DNA of 63,886 nt, filler included, from Aduncisulcus paluster (GCA_024181965.1; 10 parts of 10 records of this genome joined end to end with filler, not necessarily neighbours in it), one strand, 5' to 3'; positions 36,732 to 50,185 are shown, counted from the whole stretch's first letter. Program-made: numbers and translations. The notes: generated by a model not told the origin, from the sequence alone.

Positions 36732-37904
36732 TCCGTTTCTTAGCAAGAAAACCCTCCCAGACCAAATATCTCAGAATAACCCTCATTCTTGAGTGGAAAA
36801 CCCACCAATTTTAAAAATAAATCATAGCTAGATTCCCCAATTTTTCATATTTTACTGGATAATTATAACAATTACTAATTGTAGTACAAAATTTGAAATT
36901 CCAGTCGGCTTTCTTATACAAATCGGATGAATAGCAAATAAATAAAATTAACATTTTAAAATTATAAGAGTGGGGTCAATAGGAACTCTTTCTTACGTCA
37001 CCTACACCTATATGTCCCACTATCTTCCAAACTCCGCTAGGAGATAAATAAAGCGTGATTTCCATGGTATCAATTCGGCAATAATCCCACGGTCGAAGAA
37101 ATAATTGTTCAATTGCAATAATTTCGTACGGCATTGAAAAAAAAAAAAAAGATTTGAAAAATAATACAAAATGTTTGCACTCCTTATCCCCAATAAAAAA
37201 AAATATGAATGCTCCAGAAAACTGCCTAATTATGATATTATTGACGATTTTCCATGTGGAGCACACAATCTAGACGATTTTCTTTCATATCGGATCTTAC
37301 TATAGAAATTTACCAATAACAATGGTTATTCGTATGGGATTCGAGCTTTACCACTGGTTATTGAGAGAAAAACGGATTAAAATAAATCACTGATAAATTT
37401 ATATACGTTCTGACATTTCAACGTTGAAAAAAGCGTTATCGATCCAATAATATAATATATCTTCAATATATCACCCATGCATGAACTTTTTTTAAAGGTC
37501 AGTTGAGCAATGTCATTTGTGAACTCGGACAATATAACCAATATACTGAGTGAGATCTCGATTATATCTATCATGTTAAATATGAAGAGTTCAGTGCATT
37601 TAAACCTGTTCAAGCCCACTTTAGATGATAATTAATGGAATTAATTTCATAGAAATATTCGGATTCTCAACCAAAACGGGACAATTGGAGATGGATTTGG
37701 ACAGACTTTCAGCCACCAATGATACAATGTATTGACGAAAAATTAATTGGACATATTTTATTGATATTATATTTTAACAAAACAATTATCAATTAGTTTC
37801 TTCATTTTATCCGGTGTCCATAGTTTTATCGACTGATTTAGACTATCTCGTTAGGGAACATGGTAATATCGAATTAAATAAAATTCTCACAATATAATTT
37901 CATA

Positions 37905-40900
37905 ATGCTAGGATTTTCCCCCGATAGAATTTCCACTCATATCATTTATGACTTTGATATTTTACTCAAGCGCATTTGTCCACGATATATGGATATAAAA
38001 AGAAAATTTATTCCCAAAAAGATTTCAATCAACATGTTTTTCACTTTAAATCCTCCTTATTTCTGGGCAAACATTCTTTCATCAAATATTTCTCACTTAA
38101 TTCATCCTTCCTGGACAAACTCGTCCAAATTTTCCTGGTTTCTTGTATCAATATGGTTTTCTGTGTTATTGGTTATTCCAAATTTTCCCAATTTTATGTG
38201 GTCAAGTGCTTCTTTAACTTCTTCAATTTCAGAGCCTCAAATTGGTGGTGGTTGGTGCCAAGATGAGATATTTGGAATTTCCGGAGATAATCAAAATATT
38301 TCTGAAAACTTTCCTTGCCTCTCCACTTTCTCTTCCTGGTTTATTGCTCCCATTGATGAAAATATCAATGATCCTCGAAGTTCTACATCTTTAACACAAA
38401 ATAGCGACAATATATCGACTTTTAAAGATGTTTTGTCTTATGACTATTTCTCCTATTCCTCTACCCCTGTGTCTGATACCAGTATTGAGGTTTCCATCAA
38501 TAACACCCCTTTTGCATGCCATACTTCTGGTTTTACTACAAACCTATCTGTTGATAAAGCTTTATTTCCGCATCAATATTCAACGCATGATGAGGGTATC
38601 TATCATCAACATTCTTTATTACCACAACCTCTTCGTGGCCTTCTCCTTCTCTCCTTTCTTCTTTTCCTTGTTGCTGCTCTCTCCATCACTCTTGTTGTCA
38701 TTGGTCTGGTCGTTAGAATGAGGTCTTCTATTCCCACCATCCTCATCTTCTTGGTTGTTCTGAGTCTGTCCTTCCAGTCTGTCCTTTGTGATGGATATTT
38801 GTCCAATGAATGTTCCATGTATATCTCTGAAGACGACCATTTGGAGTGCAATGAGGTATATCCTGGTCGTTATGCAGCCGAGTGTGAGGATGGGTATTAT
38901 TATGACCAAGGTGAGTATTCTTGTGTTGAGGATACCAATACTGACTGTCCCAGTGATATGAATGATAATCAAATGTGTGTCAAAACAGCAGATGGTGATG
39001 TTATTACATCTGATTGTCGATCTGCCTGGTATGGTGACGATTGTAACCAGTTATATTCCGTGCATATCCCTGATACATTGTTCAGAGGTAAAGTATGTGA
39101 TGCTATAAGCAATAGTGATCCACTATGTGACGTGTCAGAGTTTGAAATGGCTGCGATAAGTGGAATTTTTTACTCATATAGTTCCCATATTACAACCTTT
39201 GAAGGTGCTCAGTATTTGATAAACATTTATTATTTCTATGGACCAAATACAGATGTAACATCAGTTTATCCTATTTCATTTCTTGAACAACTATCTCGCT
39301 TATATTTTCATCAGACTTCAACTACCTATAATGGCAATATTTATGATCTCAATTCCTTGTTCACATTGAATAGATTGTATAGATTGCATATTTATGGGAA
39401 TGAACAAATCTATGATATATCTGTCTCATTTAGGAATGTTGGATTGTATTATATGGTTATTGCGTATACATATTATTCTGCGTTCATACCTCTCTGTAGA
39501 TCAGAAGATGATAACGATTATTGGACATTTATAACGACTGTCTTTCCAATTCATGAGTCAACCAATAAGGATAAATTCTATATTCCAAATAGTTGTGCTT
39601 TGAACAATGTGGATGATTATGTATGTGACTCAGAAACATATCCAACGCAATGCCCTTCAATAGTTCTGAATGAGGTGTACAACAGTGTTGATGGTGTGAA
39701 CGAGAAACAATGTGCATTCATTGCGAAGGAAGGGAGCAGCGGTGAGTGTTACACTGTTCATGATGATTCAATTCGACAATATCTGAAGGATCATTGTCTC
39801 TCCACGAGTAATGTTGAATCAAATGGTGTCATCACTGTTGCCACTATGAGGAATGATTTGACATGTACTTCATTGTCGCTTCCTTCCATTGCCACAGATA
39901 GGGGGATATCTTTGAATTCCATCACGACTCTGCAAGGTCTTGAATATGCCACTTCATTGACCTCTCTGACCCTTGATGGGTATGACTTGAGTGGAGATAT
40001 TAATTCCAATGCTGAGTATGATAAGTTGGTTGTTCAGATCTTGGCAAAGGCTGTGACATATACGAATGATTATGGTTCCATTGATTCTGGTCTGAGGATA
40101 TTATCTGCAAGTGGATGTGGATTGAGTGCTATCAGTGATGTGCTTGACTTGACTCCTATTGCTTCTGGAGATTCAAAGACAGACCAATTCAAACTGACAT
40201 CCCTAGATCTCTCAAACAACTCCATCTCTGATGTATCTGTTCTCGTCACAGAATCGATATTCCCTGATGATACTGATGTTGTTCTCACAACTCTTGACAT
40301 CAGTGGCAACTCCATCTGTGATATTGATGGGATGGTCGATGAGTTAGAAACATATTTTGCATCATCTTCAATCTCGATCACTTCATCGGACCAAACATGC
40401 CATTGTTCTGCATCTGTGTCTTCTGCAGCTCACCAAGTGTGCCGTGAAGTGTATCCCGATCGTTGGGCTGTCGAGTGCTGGAATGGGTACTATCTTGACA
40501 AAGCCAGTGGAGAGTGTCTTGAGGTATGTGCGAGTGGGTCTGAGCTTGATTCTCCAAATGGAACCCCGCCATATTCATGCATAACAGCTGCTTCAGATGT
40601 TGACGATTCCATTCGTGTCCAAGTATGTGAAAGAAATCCCAATATGATGGCTGTTCTTGAAGTTAGTGCTTCATCCATTACATGTGGGTGTACTTATGGT
40701 TTGCATGGAGAAGACTGCTCAAGTGAGTGTCCAATTGTTGGAGGTGAAGTATGTTCTGGTCATGGAAGTTGTAACACCACCGATCATGTGTGTGAGTGTG
40801 ACACTTGGTATGATGGTGCTTCATGCTCCACCCTTGTTCCGATATACTCCGCTGAATGTGATCGTACATTCAATATTGATGATCATTTGGAGTGCAATGA

Positions 40901-43900
40901 GGTATATCCTGGTCGTTATGCAGCCGAGTGTGAGGATGGGTATTATTATGACCAAGGTGAGTATTCTTGTGTTGAGGATACCAATACTGACTGTCCCAGT
41001 GATATGAATGATAATCAAATGTGTGTCAAAACAGCAGATGGTGATGTTATTACATCTGATTGTCGATCTGCCTGGTATGGTGACGATTGTAACCAGTTAT
41101 ATTCCGTGCATATCCCTGATACATTGTTCAGAGGTAAAGTATGTGATGCTATAAGCAATAGTGATCCACTATGTGACGTGTCAGAGTTTGAAATGTCTGC
41201 GATAAGTGGAATTTTTTACTCGTATGAATTACACGTTACATCTTTTAAAGGGGCTGAGTATTTGATCAATATATATTATTTTCAGGGGAGAAACACAGAT
41301 ATATCTTCAATTGAATCGCTTTCAGTCCCCCGTCAAATTGCCCAATTGTTAATTTATCGGTCAGATAACGATTATCAGATGGATATTTATAATCTTAACT
41401 CTATATATATACTGAATAGGTTATATGTGTCATTTATTTATGGAAATGAACGTGTCTTCGATATTTCTGTATTTTTCAGGAATATTGGGATGGAAGCCTT
41501 AGTTATTGGCAACAATAATGATCCATCTTCTCCATTCTTTATACCTCTCTGTAGATCAGAAAATGATACCGATTATTGGACATTTATAACAACTGTATTT
41601 CCAATTCATTCCTCAAACAATAAGGATAATGTTTTTATTCCCAATAGTTGTTCTTTGAACAATGTGGATGATTATGTATGTGACTCAGAAACTTATCCAA
41701 CGCAATGTCCTTCAATCGTTCTGAATGAGGTATACAACAATGTGGATGGTGTGAATGAGAAACAATGTGCATTCATTGCGAAGGAAGGGAGCAGTGGTGA
41801 GTGTTACACTGTTCATGACGATTCAATTCGACAATATCTGAATGATCATTGTCTTTCCAGTAGTAATGTTGAATCAAATGGTGTCATCAGTGTTGCCACC
41901 ATGAGGAGTGTTTTGTCATGTCCATTGGATACTAATAGTAATGAGTCATTGTCACTTCCAGACATAGCTTCTGCAGCTTCCTTAAGTTCTGTGAATTCCA
42001 TCACGACTCTGCAAGGTCTTGAGTATGCCACTTCACTGACCTCTCTGAGCCTTGATGGGTATGACTTGAGTGGAGATATTAATTCCAATGCTGAGTATGA
42101 TAAGTTGGTTGTTCAGATCTTGGCAAAGGCTGTTACATATGGATCCATTGATTCTGGTCTGAGGATATTATCTGCGAGTGGATGTGGATTGAGTGCTATC
42201 AGTGATGTGCTTGACTTGACTCCCATTGCTTCTGGAGACTCAACCACAGACAAGTTCAAACTGATATCCCTAGATCTCTCAAACAACTCAATCTCTGATG
42301 TATCTGTTCTCATCACATCATCTATCTTCCCAAATAATTTCCTCGCAACTCTTGACATCAGTGATAACTCCATCTGTGACATTGATAATATCGTAACGAT
42401 GCTACAAACTCACTTCACAAACACTAACTTCACAATCAATGCAACAAATCAATCCACATGTCCATGTTCTGAAGGCGTTGATGTATCATTTTCTTCTCAC
42501 AAGACGTGTCGCCAACGCTCTGATGGCGATTACCAAGTCGAGTGCTGGAATGGGTATTATTTAGATAAAGAAACAAATTCATGTGTTGAAGCTGTTACCT
42601 CTGAAGATTCTATTCGTTGTCAAGTATGTGAGAGGAAAGATTTTGTTGTTCCAATTCTTGATATTGGCGCATCAGATGTATTATGTGGATGTTCATTTGG
42701 TTTCCATGGTGATTCATGTGAATACGTTGACATTCCCGACTCCAACCTTCGAAGTGCTTTGTGTCTGGCTGTTACCAATCCAAGTGCTCACGATTCCTCC
42801 TGTGATGATTTAACTATTGCAGATATGGCTACTGTGACTTCTGTGAGTGCTTCAACTGTGGACTCCTTTGAAGGTCTTCAACATGCTGTGAACCTCACAT
42901 CTTTATCCATCTCTGGCACTTCATCTAGTTCTGTGTCCATTGGGAATACTGATCTTGCATACCTTCCTTTGTCATTAACTGATTTAACTCTTGAGGCTGT
43001 CTATCTTGATGCTGATAGTGATTTCACATCATTTACAAATCTTACAACACTCTCTTTGAAGAACAATTCTTCGTATGATTTGACAAATTCTGCTCTTTTC
43101 CCATCTACATCAACCTTCACATCTCTTGATGTTAGTTACACTGCATTGTCCTCTTTCTCTTCTATTCCAACCTCAATCACGACCTTGACTGTAAACAACT
43201 GTTTCTCACTGACGAGTTTCTCAACCATCTCCAATCTCACGAATCTTGTCTCTCTTGATGTGAGTTATGCCTCAAATGTGTCAGACTTTTCTTCTTTGCT
43301 ATCTAATATTCCACTTACAATATCTATTCTCTATGCCGATGGATGTAATGTTGCTGCCAATACTAATTTTTCAACATTTTCAAATCTTTCAGTGCTTTCA
43401 CTTAAAAACAATTCTTTATTTGACTTGACTAATGCTGATTTATTGCCAACATCATCTTTATTTAAAATTGATGTCAGTTATACTGCACTCTCAACTTTCT
43501 CTTTCATTCCAGCTTCCATAAATGAGATATTCGCTGATGGTTGTGATGTGTCAGCGAGTACTGATTTCACTTCATTTACAGCTCTCACAACACTTTCTCT
43601 AAATGACAATCCATCATTCGATATCACTGAGTTTGGTCTTTTCCCATCACCATCATCTCTCACTTCTTTCAGTGCTAACAACACTTCAATCTCTCTGTTG
43701 TTTCATCTTGTTGCTAGCATGCCCAATCTGACTGAGCTATCTCTGAACAACAATAATATCTCTGATCCTTCCCCATTGTATGCTTTGTCCAGCAATGATA
43801 ATTCTTGGAGTAGCATTGACTTGTCATATAATCATATCTGTGGTGGTGATAATGGTGATTCTGAGGTTCAGACTTTCCTTGCATCTAAATTTTCTCTTTC

Positions 43901-44738
43901 TACTGCAGATGTGAATGCTAGTGGTCAAGCCTGTGAATGTTCCTCTGATGATCTTGGATCGACTCCAATTACTGACAACAAGGTCTGTAGTGAAACCAAA
44001 CCTGGGTCTGGTTCATGGTATGTTGTATGTGCCAGTGATTCATTCACTTCATACACATCTGCTGAGGACTTTACATGCACTCAACCAGATTCATCCTCAG
44101 CCACAAACTGTTCTGGAGGGTGTGAGTATGGGTATGAGTGTCGAAATGATCCAGATTTAGAATCAATATCGTGTCAACAAGTGACAGTTGATGATTATCT
44201 TCATGCATGTGTTGCCAGTATGTTTGTGGATGAGGATGGAAATCCTGATTATCGTCATCGAACAGATTCCACGCCTTCCCTTTTCAGCGTGGCTTCCTTG
44301 AAGACCCTTGAGTCAGCTCTGGATACTGGTACCGATGAGTATTCCCCCATTCTCTCATGCTCCAACTCTACTTCGCCCATCAGTGTTTTATCTGGTCTTG
44401 AGCATCTTGTTGGTATTTCAGAGTTTCAATTGAGCAATGACGGTCTCACCGATACCTCCGAGCTATCATCTCTCTCGACTTTGACACTCCTCAAGAGATT
44501 GGATCTGTCAAGCAATTCCTCGTTGTCGTCTCTTCCCGATCTATCCGATGTTTCCCTTGCCATTCTCAATATTAATGCGACATCCATTGTTTTACCTGAC
44601 ACATCCGCCTCCACTCAGCTAATCCCTGACTCTTTGGTCGAATTGCATATGTACGACACTCCTACTGTCCAAGCAGGGTTTGACACTCAGGTCGGTTCGA
44701 GTCACCTTAGTGGTTTGAAGATGATTGATCTTGGAAAC
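37905..44738 (+). CDS. Large internalin-like LRR / Cys-rich (EGF-like) surface protein with tandem duplicated modules (3'-partial; alternative start at 38718)
   Basis: LRRs (LTSLDLSNNSISDVS, LQGLEYATSLTSLTL), internalin-like caps (IPDTLFRGKVC, IPDSNLRSALC), EGF repeat CSGHGSC...CECDTWYDGASC, and signal-like MRSSIPTILIFLVVLSLSFQSVLC. Confidence 0.9.
38838..42400 (+). repeat. Intragenic tandem duplication, period 2,046 nt (682 codons)
   Basis: 38838-39175 matches 40884-41221 with one substitution seen; high identity resumes at 39486/41541. Confidence 0.92.
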
Positions 44739-44838
44739 NNNNNNNNNNNNNNNNNNNNNNNNNNNNNNNNNNNNNNNNNNNNTTAATTAATTAANNNNNN
44801 NNNNNNNNNNNNNNNNNNNNNNNNNNNNNNNNNNNNNN

Positions 44839-46352
44839 CTCACGGCTTCATCGCCGTTGGTGGCATAGCGTAATCTGAATGGAGTATCTTTTAGGAAGAA
44901 GCCCAGCAACATTCGGTTGTTTTCCGAATCTTCCACCACAAGGATACGTAGAGGCTTAAGTTCTACGGAAGAGTCACGATTATCGGCATCAATGGAAGAT
45001 TTACCATAAATACCGAGCATTGCCTTCCGCAATCCCCCACGGGTCACCGGACAGTGCACACTTCCTTTAACACCGAAGAGATTATTTATTTCAGGACTGT
45101 TGCTACTAACTCCAGGCGAAGAGGAAAGAGTACACAACACAGGGTTTTCACAGTTGAGGCGTGCTTTAATGGACTCAATTTCACTCAATCCATCTTCTTC
45201 GCCAAGCAGGTCCGAAACAATTACCAGCTCGGCATTACTGCGGCAGGACTCATTCTGCACACAGGCAAAATTCAAATCACCTGATGCCATGCAATGCGCT
45301 CCCCATTCCCGCAGACATTTACATATATAATCCCGAACCTGACCTCGCTCATCAATAACCAGAACCTGACGGTCCTTCATTACATCCTTGATAAGGGCTG
45401 AATCTTCTTCAATTTCATCAATACTGCCAAGCTCAATATCGGTGCGGAACTCAGCTCCTCCGGATGCCACATTGCGAACATCGATATGCCCGTTCATAAG
45501 TTCCACAAGGTTACGGGTGATAGACAACCCGAGCCCTGTTCCACCGTATTTACGGGTTGTGGAAGAATCAGCCTGCACAAAATTTTCAAAAATATCTTTG
45601 AATTTTTCCTCTGAAATACCAATCCCGCTATCCCGTACAACCATATTAAGCACAGTTTTTCCCTGCTGACCGGACGAGGAAGAAATCTCCAGCACAACTG
45701 AGCCGGAATCAGTAAACTTAATGGCATTACTAAGCAGGTTAACCAGAATCTGTTTTATCCTTGTCGGATCACCCTCAAAAAAGGCAGGACAAAATGGATC
45801 AACATGACAGGCAAAAATAAGGTTCTTTTTCCAAGCACTTACGGACATGATGCCTGCGACTTCATCCACAAGGTCATCAATATTAAACTTGGTATGTTCA
45901 AGTGTAAGCTTACCGGATTCGATCTTGGACAGGTCAAGGATATCATTGATTAAATTAAGCAACGCCTTTCCTGAATCTCTGAAAATCGAAACATAACTTC
46001 TTTGTTCAGAGGTCAGTCTGGTATCGGTAAGCATATCAGCCATGCCCAGAATTGAATTCATAGGTGTCCGTATTTCATGGCTCATCTGGGCTAAAAATTC
46101 ACTTTTAGTGCGGTTGGCAACTTCCGCTTTGGTCATAGCCTCCTCAAGTTTCTTGAGGGTATCAGCCATATGTGCGGAGTTGCGCTCCTCAATTTCTTTG
46201 GCTTTCAGCAATTCAGCGGCGTAATGCTGCAACTCTTCTTCATCCCGTTTACGATCAGTCACATCACGAACAACACTAAGCAGGACATCCTGTCCATGAT
46301 AGGAAATTTTCCGGGAACGTACATCTGTATAGACAATCTCACCGGACTTAGT
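44839..46352 (-). CDS. Bacterial hybrid sensor histidine kinase (PAC-HisKA-HATPase-degenerate REC-REC), partial at both ends
   Basis: H-box [17 protein letters not shown]-box [15 protein letters not shown]1 DSGIGI, G2 [22 protein letters not shown]. Upstream PAC end ...[12 protein letters not shown] is open to the contig edge. Confidence 0.95.
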
Positions 46353-46452
46353 NNNNNNNNNNNNNNNNNNNNNNNNNNNNNNNNNNNNNNNNNNNNTTAA
46401 TTAATTAANNNNNNNNNNNNNNNNNNNNNNNNNNNNNNNNNNNNNNNNNNNN

Positions 46453-49400
46453 TAACGAAGGTTTTTTAGTAGGTTTCTCGGGTTTTGTTTCTACTGCAAT
46501 TTTTTCGTCGACAACATGTGCAACGGCATTGAATAGGCGTTCATCAAACATCTCAGGATTTCCAAAGGAAGATTTTTCAACAGGCTTCTTAATTTTCGGT
46601 TTCATTCTTTCTGTTCTTTCAATAGTTTCAATATCAGGAGGAAGGGAAATGTCCAAAGGTTGTCCAAGTCCAGTGGAAGAGGTTAACTGAGCCAAAGTAT
46701 CTGCCAATAAAATATCATTGAGAGAAGAAGGCTCAGAAATACTAGACGATTTCTCGAGGTATTTGGACAAAAAATCCGGTGCTGAAACTTGAACTTTTAC
46801 CTTTTCTCCCTCATGGGGCAAAGAAACTTCTGAAGAAGGTAATTCCACTTTTGTACTTGCCTGTAGTTCAAGATATATAGGTTTCAACTTACGTTGGGGT
46901 ATTTTAAACTGATAATTAAACCCCATCTGATGTGTTAAATGAGATTCCCAACTATCTGCAACACTTAAGGAGGCATCTCTGCTAGTGCGATTTGCATTAG
47001 CAGAACACAGGGACTCAGATCGTTGAATTCCAGCAGGAACCTCTTCTTTATGATTATTTTCCAACCAAGAATTGCACTTTTCCACAACAAATTCTTCATA
47101 CCAATTATACAATTTAGGAGTTTTTGAGACCATTATCTGCTTCCCCATTTCTTCTCCATATTCAGCTAACAATTGAGGAACACGAACAATAATTTCTGCC
47201 GGATAATCTTTTACCCCATAATTATCAAAAACCATCCCAATACATGTATCTTCATGTAGATTTTTTTGATGAGGATTTTTTCTTACTTTCTTTTCTGCTT
47301 CCTTAATCGCTTTCTTTAAGCCATTTGGAACGGGTTTACCTGAATAAAATGGATTCATTTCATTCTCGTAAATACATTGCATTGCCATATGAGTAAGTTC
47401 GTGAGCAATTGTTCCACACATTTTTGTGTCAGGATCGATAAACTTTCCTAGATTAGGATCTTCTCTTGAATCTACTTTTCCAGCAATACTCACAGTTTTC
47501 GTAGAACCTTTCGCCAATCCTGTTGCCTCGCCCTTAATTTTCCCCGCAATTTCAGCAACATTTTTATCAAAATCTACAACAATCATCGATATTCCATCAG
47601 CAGCTCTGAGTACTTTAAATATCAATTGTATCCATTCAATCTTATTCAACTTTATATAAGCTTGTCTCACCTTTTCACGGTGCTCCTCATCCTTTTGTAC
47701 AATAACAGTCTTAGAGTATACATACACATCAGGAGGTTGAGATAGCCTTGCCCTCTTGTGTAAAGCCATTTGTATTTTGTTTGCCTTTTGTTTGTTTGCC
47801 TTCTGTAGTTTTTTTGCCTTCCGTTGGTTTTTTGCCTCTTCTTCCCCAAGATCATAAGGTTCATGTCGTAAAAAACCATGGGCTTTTAAATAAGCATACA
47901 AATCATACTGCTTTGCTTGTAAAACAATATAAAGAGCCGAATGATTGTCAAGTGATCTCCAAGTTGGTAAGATTTGTTTTGATTCAACCTTTTCCTCAAT
48001 CTTAAGAAGATCACGTTTTTTACCACTTTCCAAGAGAAGTACATTCTTCAATGGGCTTCACTATAGGTTCATGCCAATCACACATTGTCAATCCAACAGG
48101 CCAATCATGCTTCACACGAACCAATAATTTCGCACATTCAATACTTTTGAGAGTTCTGGCTGTCGGAGTTTCAGATTCTTCTTTTTCTCTGAATATTCTG
48201 GTTAAAGCTCTCGCTAAAGGAGTTTCATTATTGCCATTATTAATATATTTACAAATATACCTATCAATGTCGACTAGAAATTCGCTTTTTTCACTCTTGA
48301 ATGGTTTGGAGATCTTATTGGTGTTGTAATTTTCACCGAATAAAATAACAGTTGAGGGAGTTTTCAATTCAGCAAATGAAGTATTACAAGGATCCGCTCC
48401 AAGACTCAATAAATACTTGACTATCTCTGGTTTATCGTGCTCAACAGCCAAACCAAGTAGACTCCACTTCGTTCCCAAATTCATTTCAATAAATTTAACG
48501 ATATTATTCAAAAATCCATGAATTGCTTCCTTTGAACTTTTTTTTGGTAGAAGATCATTCAAAAGTTCAACAATAACTCTGAATACTGAAGAAACCCTCG
48601 AGTATTAGAACCACCCTCACAGAGACAAATTTTTTTGGAATATTTTTGAGCAATTTCTATCAACTTCTTATATATTTCTCCACTATCAGTATGCCACAAG
48701 GAAATCTTGTATTCATTGAAGATGAATTTTTTCATTTTCCCAAATGCTATCAAACTCTGCTTCTGCTTCTTCCGCAATTCTTCCTTTTCACTATCAGTAA
48801 ACGACGAAATCTTGTATTCTTTGATGAATTCTTCCATATTTTTTGGCTGAGGATCACTAACTGGCAGTTTCAAGAGTCCAGCAATAATTTCAGGTGAATA
48901 ATGTAGAGGACTCATAATAGCAATTTCAATAATGGAATTGAGTGATCCATCCTTATAATCTGGATAATTAGGATGACGGACAAGTTCACGAAGCACCAAT
49001 ACATCACCATAGTGAGCAGCATAGTCAATGAGACGCATGCTATTATACAGATTATTATATTTAATATTGCGTAGGTTAAATGTTGAACAAATATCATGAC
49101 AGTATTTTGATTGATATGCAATTGAAAACTCTGGCAAAATATGAGGAGATTCAGGTTCAGTATCCCTAGAAAAATCAACAGCAGCAATATTCTTTGAGAT
49201 CATTCCACGATAGAGCAGATCGAGACCAAACTGTTTTGAATCCTGAAGTTTTGATTCAAAGGTGTCAAAACTAAATCCACTAGAGGATATTTCCTCATCA
49301 ACTTCTTTTACAGCTTTGTGATAATCAAACACCTGAATCTCTGGGTTCAGATTAGATTTATGAATAACTATTCCTCTTGGTAACTCGATTAACAACACTC

Positions 49401-50085
49401 TATCATCTTTGAGATCCTTCTTAAACACTTCTGTAATATGATCAACAAGGTGTTTATCATTCTCACCTTCAATATGATCAACTGGAAGATCATATTCAAC
49501 TGAATGAGCTATGATATGGATACGATAAAACTGTTTCGAAGAATTGATTGCTTCAACGAGAAATGAATCGAATAGGTTTGTTGCAAAAGCTGGATCAAAG
49601 ACATGAGTATGAATGACAATACTCTCCTTGTTAACATTTCTTTTATCTTGAATACATTTACGGAGTATTTCGCTGGTAACAATTTCACGAGTATCAAAGA
49701 CAACTGAATGAGAATATGGATCAGTATACTTTTCTTCAACGAAATCAAGGGAAATGATCGGAAAACGAAGATCATTTTCATCATTCCAGTTATTTTTCCC
49801 TCTAATCTCACAAGAAACAACATCACACAAGTCAATAGGAAGGAAAAACAATCCAAACTCACCAACTTTGCGACATCTACTTAGTGAGATTTCATATTTC
49901 TTTGATACTTTCTTCTTATCCGAAAAAGTGAAGGTAAGGAGAAGATAGAGCGAATCAAATTCACTATTCACACTGATATAAACACCTTTTAATGGACTAG
50001 GTGATCGGAAAGTGATGTTAAGATGGGATAAAGAAACAATACATTTCATAGGAGGAAGTTCTTCACGCTGATCAATATCTTCATA
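46453..50085 (-). pseudogene. Frameshifted multidomain gene: N-terminal beta-rich domain, ankyrin repeats, HExxH zinc-metallopeptidase-like domain
   Basis: Three overlapping same-strand ORFs (50085-48559, 48562-48020, 48051-46453). Ankyrin motifs LIDYAAHYGD, LLGLAVEHDKPEIVKYLLSLGADP, ETPLARAL. GTIAHELTH at about 47389-47415 with downstream PAEIIVRVP. Confidence 0.7.
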
Positions 50086-50185
50086 NNNNNNNNNNNNNNN
50101 NNNNNNNNNNNNNNNNNNNNNNNNNNNNNTTAATTAATTAANNNNNNNNNNNNNNNNNNNNNNNNNNNNNNNNNNNNNNNNNNNN

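Noticed and set aside
39176-41540. Diversity-generating retroelement (TR/VR pair) using the RT at 22.6-23.9 kb
   Set aside because: Differences between cassettes are not adenine-restricted and include many synonymous changes and an indel. The RT is non-LTR type, broken, and on another contig.
48020-48606. Programmed ribosomal frameshifting or an operon of three overlapping genes
   Set aside because: No clear slippery site at the junctions; simple indels reconstruct a single gene more parsimoniously.
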